A stretch of 58,924 nt of DNA from an archaeon 13_1_40CM_2_52_13. Lineage in GTDB: Archaea > Thermoproteota > Bathyarchaeia > 40CM-2-53-6. Where the stretch lies: assembly GCA_001919285.1 (NCBI GenBank), contig MNHO01000022.1:14444-73367 (forward strand), given 5' to 3'. The translations under genes were made by a program, and so were the position numbers. Shown here one piece after another: positions 53,931 to 58,924 of this stretch (its first letter is position 1; each line of letters begins with the position of its first letter). Below the pieces are notes generated by a model. That model was given only the letters and a program-made list of their open reading frames with translations, had not been told where the DNA came from and searched no databases.

Positions 53931-54827
53931 TTGATCGACTACGCACAGCTCTTACTGCTAGGAGCCATCGCTGGGCTGACCATATTCCTAGGCCTACCCA
54001 TGGCTCTGCTCCAGGGTGTCAGCCGCATGAAGAAAGGGTTCCTCAACGCGCTCGCAATGGGTATTCTCGTATTCCTGATAACTGACGTTTTGTCCGCTGC
54101 CTGGCAGCCAACAAAGCTTGCCGCGGTCGCAGGCTACACGGGAAAGGGTCCCGTTACGGACGGGGCCATCGATCTTCTCGCATTGTTCGGTGGGCTGGGT
54201 CTGGGACTCTTGGGACTCGCTCTCTACGAACAGAGGTATCTCAGACGAATCATCTCAACCAAAAGGAAACTAGCTGCCGCCGAAGAGAACAGCGATAATC
54301 ACGGAGCAAAACCAAGCCCTGTTGGTACGCGGGACAAGATGCCTCAACAGCATGGCTCTGAGCTCTTCGGCAACCCCCGCCATCTTGCGACGATGATCGC
54401 TGTCGGCATCGGACTACACAACTTCAGCGAAGGCCTAGCCATCGGCCAGTCCTACGCTTCAGGCGCAGTCGCGCTTGCAGTAGTTCTCATTGTTGGTTTC
54501 GGAGCTCACAACGCCACCGAAGGCTTCGGAATCGCGGGACCCCTAACGGGTATCTCAGAGAAACCCCAGATCTCGTTCCTCGCCAAGATGGGAATAATCG
54601 GAGGCAGTCCCACCTTTCTAGGGACCGTGGTTGGGAGCGTCTGGGTATCCCAGCTAACCTACGTCATGTTCCTATCCCTCGCCGGGGGAGCCTTGATCTA
54701 TGTCACGCTTCTAATGTACAATACTGCGAGACGAGAATCTCGGAATGATCTGATAATGGTCGGGCTCTTTATCGGGCTTCTGGCCGGTTTTCTGACCGAC
54801 CTGATTGTCTCATTGGGGGGAGCCTAG
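53931..54827 (+). CDS. ZIP family metal cation transporter
   Basis: It has HNFSEGLAIG and GAHNATEGFGIAG motifs, about 8 TM segments and a TTG start. Confidence 0.85.
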   Translation: MIDYAQLLLLGAIAGLTIFLGLPMALLQGVSRMKKGFLNALAMGILVFLITDVLSAAWQPTKLAAVAGYTGKGPVTDGAIDLLALFGGLGLGLLGLALYEQRYLRRIISTKRKLAAAEENSDNHGAKPSPVGTRDKMPQQHGSELFGNPRHLATMIAVGIGLHNFSEGLAIGQSYASGAVALAVVLIVGFGAHNATEGFGIAGPLTGISEKPQISFLAKMGIIGGSPTFLGTVVGSVWVSQLTYVMFLSLAGGALIYVTLLMYNTARRESRNDLIMVGLFIGLLAGFLTDLIVSLGGA

Positions 54828-55462
54828 CGGGTCTCCCGATCGGCGAGCTGTGTGAGTTTTCCAGAACGAAGCTGGTTGGCAATGAGGCTCATCCATAGGA
54901 CGACTAGTGCAAAGAACAATCTAGGCTGAACGGCTCCGAGACCAAGAAAGCCTCCTAGATAGGTTATCATTGCAGCGATTCCCAGATTTCTTGATGTTAG
55001 TCCGATAGCTATGCGTTTTCCGTCTTGGCGAAAAGCTATAGCGAATAAAAATATTCCGACGATCGCCGAGATTGACCAAATATTTGCAGCCGTGCTATGA
55101 ATGAGACCGGATAGAGTCGAAGGGGTCCCAATAGCATCTGTGTTGAACGCACCTATAATGACAAGCCCTGCACCGGCTATGGAAAGCATGATCAAATCAA
55201 CTCTGTAAAGACTAGTAGGTCTCGCTTGGCCGCGTAATCCAGCTGCAAGGGAGACAAATGCGAGACCGAGAAATACGAAACCAATCCTCATCACAATGCC
55301 AAATGGTCCAAGAGAGTATACACTGATAGGACCAAAGTTCGTTTCCGGCTCAATAACGTGAACAGTGACTAGACTCACTGCGAAGAGTGAGGTGAAAGCA
55401 AGAGCGATGGTGCCTTTGACCGTAGCCCTCTGCCCAAGAGACTCACCCAAGTGACCAACCAA
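54824..55462 (-). CDS. DUF998-like membrane protein (second paralog)
   Basis: This is a 212 aa polytopic ORF with an architecture similar to 43984..44643. Confidence 0.45.
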   Translation of the reverse strand: MVGHLGESLGQRATVKGTIALAFTSLFAVSLVTVHVIEPETNFGPISVYSLGPFGIVMRIGFVFLGLAFVSLAAGLRGQARPTSLYRVDLIMLSIAGAGLVIIGAFNTDAIGTPSTLSGLIHSTAANIWSISAIVGIFLFAIAFRQDGKRIAIGLTSRNLGIAAMITYLGGFLGLGAVQPRLFFALVVLWMSLIANQLRSGKLTQLADRETR

Positions 55463-55697
55463 CGTCCAACGCTACACCCTGGACGCATTATCGTTTTGGT
55501 TCAGAGAAACCCTCAGGTGGGTCGATTGCTTCGCGATTGAAGAGTTCACGAAGTTTTTCCGGGGCCTTATGTACTCTGGAATTCCGAGAATTCATTTCAG
55601 ATTGTAATTTTTGCAACTATCCCTTCAATCACCTGCAGGCTTATCAAACCAAACAACGCGCCAACAAACCCAAAGCCAAGGGAGGTGAAATGATAGA

Positions 55698-56567
55698 ATG
55701 AAAAAGTTCATCCCGTTAGCAATCCTCGCTCTTCTCATCGTTCCGGCTTATGTCGTAGGTGCGAGATCTGATAGCGTATCCGGACCGAAACCGTCCATCG
55801 TTCTCATTCACGGTGCATGGGCGGACGGATCAGGTTGGAGCGGCGTTATCAGCCGTCTTCAAGACCAAGGATACACAGTATACGCTCCGTCGAATCCGTT
55901 GCGCGGCCTAGCATCTGACTCCGCCTACATTGCCAACTTCCTCCAGAGCATTAGCGGACCAATCATCCTTGTCGGACACTCGTATGGAGGCGCCGTCATC
56001 ACCAACGCGGCGACAGGAAATCCCAACGTTAAGGCCCTCGTCTACGTGGACGCCTTTGTGCCTGACCAAGGAGAGTCATTGATACAACTCCTCAGCATGC
56101 CACCACCAATCGGCCAATCAGCCTCCTGCCTAGGAGGAGACCCCAGCAAAGTGTTCAACTTTGTCAACTACCCGGGCGCTGCGGCTGGAGACTTCGACGT
56201 GTACATCAAGCAGAGCGTCTTCCCATCGTGCTTCGCAAATGATCAACCAGTCGACAAAGCTGCCATCTTAGCATCTGCGCAGCGTCCTGCGGTTCTCAGC
56301 ATACTACCCGCCATGTCAGGAGTACCCGCCTGGAAGTCGATTCCCAGCTGGTACCTGCTAGGAACAATTGACCTCGTCATCCCTCCGTATCTGCAGCTTT
56401 TCATGGCTCAGCGCGCGCACGCACAAATTGTCGACGTTAGGGCAGCACACCCCTCCATGATCTCCCACCCTGAAGCGGTAACACAATTGATCGAACAGGC
56501 AGCACAGACCGTGACAGAGAACTCCAACATCGGCTCGGGACTAACACTCGCATCCGCGAGTCTATAG
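55698..56567 (+). CDS. secreted alpha/beta hydrolase
   Basis: A signal peptide is followed by IVLIHGAWADGSGW and the nucleophile elbow VGHSYGG. GGAGGTGA lies at 55681-55688. Confidence 0.8.
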   Translation: MKKFIPLAILALLIVPAYVVGARSDSVSGPKPSIVLIHGAWADGSGWSGVISRLQDQGYTVYAPSNPLRGLASDSAYIANFLQSISGPIILVGHSYGGAVITNAATGNPNVKALVYVDAFVPDQGESLIQLLSMPPPIGQSASCLGGDPSKVFNFVNYPGAAAGDFDVYIKQSVFPSCFANDQPVDKAAILASAQRPAVLSILPAMSGVPAWKSIPSWYLLGTIDLVIPPYLQLFMAQRAHAQIVDVRAAHPSMISHPEAVTQLIEQAAQTVTENSNIGSGLTLASASL

Positions 56568-56610
56568 GCGGAACATCAACCTACCTTAGAACAAGAAATC
56601 TCGAAAGGGT

Positions 56611-56656
56611 CTCACATCCGCCCGCGCTTCGTTAGATGTGAGCGTCCCGTTTTTTT
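56611..56656 (+). terminator. stem-loop plus T7 run downstream of the alpha/beta hydrolase gene
   Basis: CTCACATC (56611-56618) pairs with GATGTGAG (56635-56642). TTTTTTT follows at 56650-56656. Confidence 0.5.
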
Positions 56657-57009
56657 CTAGAACAATATCTCGACGTCAGCTATTGATGCGATCTTACCGA
56701 TTTCGGTCTTTTGTTGCGAAACTATGGCCGCTAGTCTAGCATTGCGGGACAATCTGCAGCGGCCGGGATACCTTGGCCTTACGCAGTCGCTGAGACTTGA
56801 TCAGTTGCCTAGAACGTATGAGAAAGGGTTAGGCTGAACCTGAAGGAGCTTCGCCCAAAGTCGTTCGGGTTCTTCTTTCGGAAAGGTCTAGGATGTCGTT
56901 CTATAGGCTGCCAGTCTAGTCTCACTACGTCGAAACTGTAATCCAACTGGATAGATTCTCCAATCATTCTCTTTCTTCCTCACCATACGACTGTTTACGG
57001 CGACCCATA

Positions 57010-57888
57010 TTGACTGGGGAAATCGCAACTCAGTCAATCCTTGGAGCATTGGATTATATCGCCATAATCCCCGTTTGGATGATGATCATGACTCAGGATG
57101 TCTTGCCTTCGGTCGAAAAGCCAGCCTTGAGCAGTTACAAGGAGCAAGTCGTCGAGATTCTCAAGAGCATCGAGACAGGTGACAGAAAGCCGCTCGTTTA
57201 CATCAGCCCCAACAAGTATGTTCAACACAACCTAGCCTTAGCTGATGGTCTAGCCGGATTAACCGCTCTCTGGCAATCCCGTCCCAAAGGATCAGTTAGG
57301 GTCAACCCTGTGCGCGTCTTTCAGGATGGCAATTTCGTGTTTGCGCATACCGAATACAACTTCGCTGTCCCGAGGGTCGGTTTCGACATTTGGTGTTTCG
57401 AAGATGGAAAGATCGTCGAACACTGGGACAACCACCAGGAAAGAGTTGCCAAGCCGAGCCCAAGCGGCCATACGATGATCGATGGCCCCACGACAGCGTC
57501 CGACCTCGACAAGACCGAAGCTAACAAGGCTCTGATGCGGACCTACATGGACGATCTTCTCAGCGGCCGCAAGAACAAATTTGCAGGGTACTTTGACGGC
57601 AACAACTACATCCAGCACAGCCCGCTAGTAGCCGACAATTTGACAGGCCTTTTCGCTGGACTGCAATCCCTAGCCAAGCAAGGCTTGACAGTCAAATACG
57701 ACCGCGTCCACAGAGTGCTCGGCGAAGGTAATTTCGTCCTCGTCGTCGCCGAGGGCAGCTTCGGACAACACCCCTCGTCCTACTACGATCTCTACCGAAT
57801 ACAGAATGGGAAAATCGCTGAGCACTGGGACACGATTCAGCCAATACCGCCGCGCGCTGAATGGAAGAATTCGAACGGAAAGTTCTGA
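57010..57888 (+). CDS. SnoaL-like (NTF2 superfamily) two-domain protein
   Basis: The IVEHWD/IAEHWD motif repeats in two halves, typical of predicted SnoaL-like condensation enzymes. The true start may be an internal ATG (MIMTQDV). Confidence 0.65.
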   Translation: MTGEIATQSILGALDYIAIIPVWMMIMTQDVLPSVEKPALSSYKEQVVEILKSIETGDRKPLVYISPNKYVQHNLALADGLAGLTALWQSRPKGSVRVNPVRVFQDGNFVFAHTEYNFAVPRVGFDIWCFEDGKIVEHWDNHQERVAKPSPSGHTMIDGPTTASDLDKTEANKALMRTYMDDLLSGRKNKFAGYFDGNNYIQHSPLVADNLTGLFAGLQSLAKQGLTVKYDRVHRVLGEGNFVLVVAEGSFGQHPSSYYDLYRIQNGKIAEHWDTIQPIPPRAEWKNSNGKF

Positions 57889-58056
57889 CGCGCTTCAAGA
57901 GTTTTGCTATTCTCAAGTTGCCTCGTAGCGTTGCCGTAATTTCTAACTCTCGAATTTTCTCACGCGCAAGTGCGGAAACTTGTAGGTCTGGCAATTGTTC
58001 TCGGTTCAGCGATCCTGAAACTCTAGTCTGAGATATCATATCATCTAGCGATTCTT

Positions 58057-58401
58057 CTAACCTGGCGGGAGGCCGATGTAAGTCAAGAAGAGGACTATGA
58101 CCACGATGATTGCGAGAGCTGGGAGTATCAGAAGGTAGGTCGCGAGCATCTTGACACTTACCTTCATGGGAGTCTTCTCTCCCTTCTCTCCTGTTAGCCA
58201 TGAGGTGGCCAGAAGAAGTGCCCCGGCGGTGGTCGTCACTGTTGAGGATAGCGTCAGTCTTGCAGTGCAGGATGTCTGGTGTATTGGGCTGCAGCCTACT
58301 GTGAGGAGGAATATTCCGGCAAGAACAGTTACCCAGCCAAGGAGTCCAATGACTGTCCTCCAGCTTAGGACAGGTTCAGGCTCGGTCGGGGATGCCTCCA
58401 T
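58057..58401 (-). CDS. small membrane protein (weak)
   Basis: This is a 114 aa ORF with 3 hydrophobic segments. A competing + strand ORF overlaps it. Confidence 0.3.
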   Translation of the reverse strand: MEASPTEPEPVLSWRTVIGLLGWVTVLAGIFLLTVGCSPIHQTSCTARLTLSSTVTTTAGALLLATSWLTGEKGEKTPMKVSVKMLATYLLILPALAIIVVIVLFLTYIGLPPG

Positions 58402-58514
58402 TGCCGCTATTAGTCTCCGTGAGCGTCCGGGTTTTCAAGTAAATAATAATCGTGCCTGGGCTGAAGATATTCTGGTTTCACTCTAGGAGTGAAACTCGAC
58501 CCAGATCTGAAAGT

Positions 58515-58924
58515 CTAGCTGTTTTCGCCGAGTTCTGGTACCATTCGACTGATGCGGTCGAACAGTTCGTAGGCCGCAGTCACGGGAGAATCCGTCTCTT
58601 TTGGATCTGTCGGCTGGGACCAGACCAGAATCTCAATGGGCGAGAGTTGAATCCTGACTTGGAACTTGTTGTCTTCTGTAATCCAGTAGAGCGACAGCTC
58701 ATCTGTCCCATTGGCGTAGCCTACCCAGCGGAAATTCTTGAACCATCGACCCTTGATCTTTCCCAGCAGGTTCTGCGCGTCTATCCCTGGCGGAAGCTGA
58801 CCTCGAATCACTGGTTCACCATTCACGAGGTGTTGCGGTGCCTTGCGCGAATGTTTCAGGGTCCGGTATCCTTCTTCGGTCTTCGCGACGAGATTATTGT
58901 CCTCTAGTCGTCTGAGGATTCTCG
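58515..58924 (-). CDS. hypothetical protein with an N-terminal wHTH-like segment; partial, start lies beyond the right edge
   Basis: The minus frame stays open upstream of the track start to the window edge (RILRRLEDNNLVAKTEEGYRTLKHSRKAPQHLVNGEPV...). Confidence 0.4.
   Translation of the reverse strand, partial: RILRRLEDNNLVAKTEEGYRTLKHSRKAPQHLVNGEPVIRGQLPPGIDAQNLLGKIKGRWFKNFRWVGYANGTDELSLYWITEDNKFQVRIQLSPIEILVWSQPTDPKETDSPVTAAYELFDRISRMVPELGENS

Noticed and set aside
1-58924. CRISPR arrays, rRNA genes, IS elements/transposases, integrases and prophage genes.
   Set aside because: I saw no regularly spaced direct repeats, no rRNA-like conserved stretches and no transposase- or integrase-like translations on either strand.

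Overview
This 58.9 kb window is a densely coded archaeal chromosomal segment with genes on both strands. The archaeal assignment rests on TFE, NAC, aMBF1, aTrm56, an Hjc-like nuclease, a DUF2110-like protein and a split LplA/LplB lipoate ligase. Several starts are preceded by GGAGGTGA-type Shine-Dalgarno motifs. I recognised no rRNA, tRNA, CRISPR array, transposase or integrase by eye. The content is mostly housekeeping or metabolic: nadC and nadA, M32 carboxypeptidase, arylamine N-acetyltransferase, MFS and ZIP transporters, CoA-transferase, acyl-CoA dehydrogenase, formimidoyltransferase-cyclodeaminase, aldo/keto reductase, PduO-type adenosyltransferase, HIT, Bcp, Rieske protein, two radical SAM enzymes, tandem RibD-C/DHFR-like genes, and several small regulators (MarR, HxlR, ArsR). 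There is a base-excision-repair pair, nfo-nth. The most interesting observations are these. (1) An HxlR-family regulator has an unusual CCxCxCxC N-terminus. It lies divergent from a roughly 24-27 aa poly-cysteine micropeptide, across an intergenic region packed with GTAAC/GTTAC inverted repeats. A second copy of the micropeptide module sits 1.1 kb downstream, grafted onto an internally deleted aldo/keto reductase remnant. (2) A canonical LAGLIDADG intein is inserted inside the metal-binding DTCH motif of endonuclease IV. (3) Up to four genes (three clearly: NAT, nfo and a secreted phosphoesterase-like protein; a DHFR-like gene more weakly) have N-terminal sequence extending upstream of any ATG/GTG/TTG, which implies CTG/ATC/ACG initiation. 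(4) A HisRS/HisZ-like class II aaRS core paralog is coupled to a wHTH protein. (5) A wHTH regulator carries an in-frame TGA, and a P-loop kinase-like gene carries an A-run frameshift. (6) Two related GC-homopolymer hairpin/T5 elements occur, and there is a 1.2 kb stretch with no credible gene. All functional calls come from by-eye motif recognition in the translations; no database search was run.
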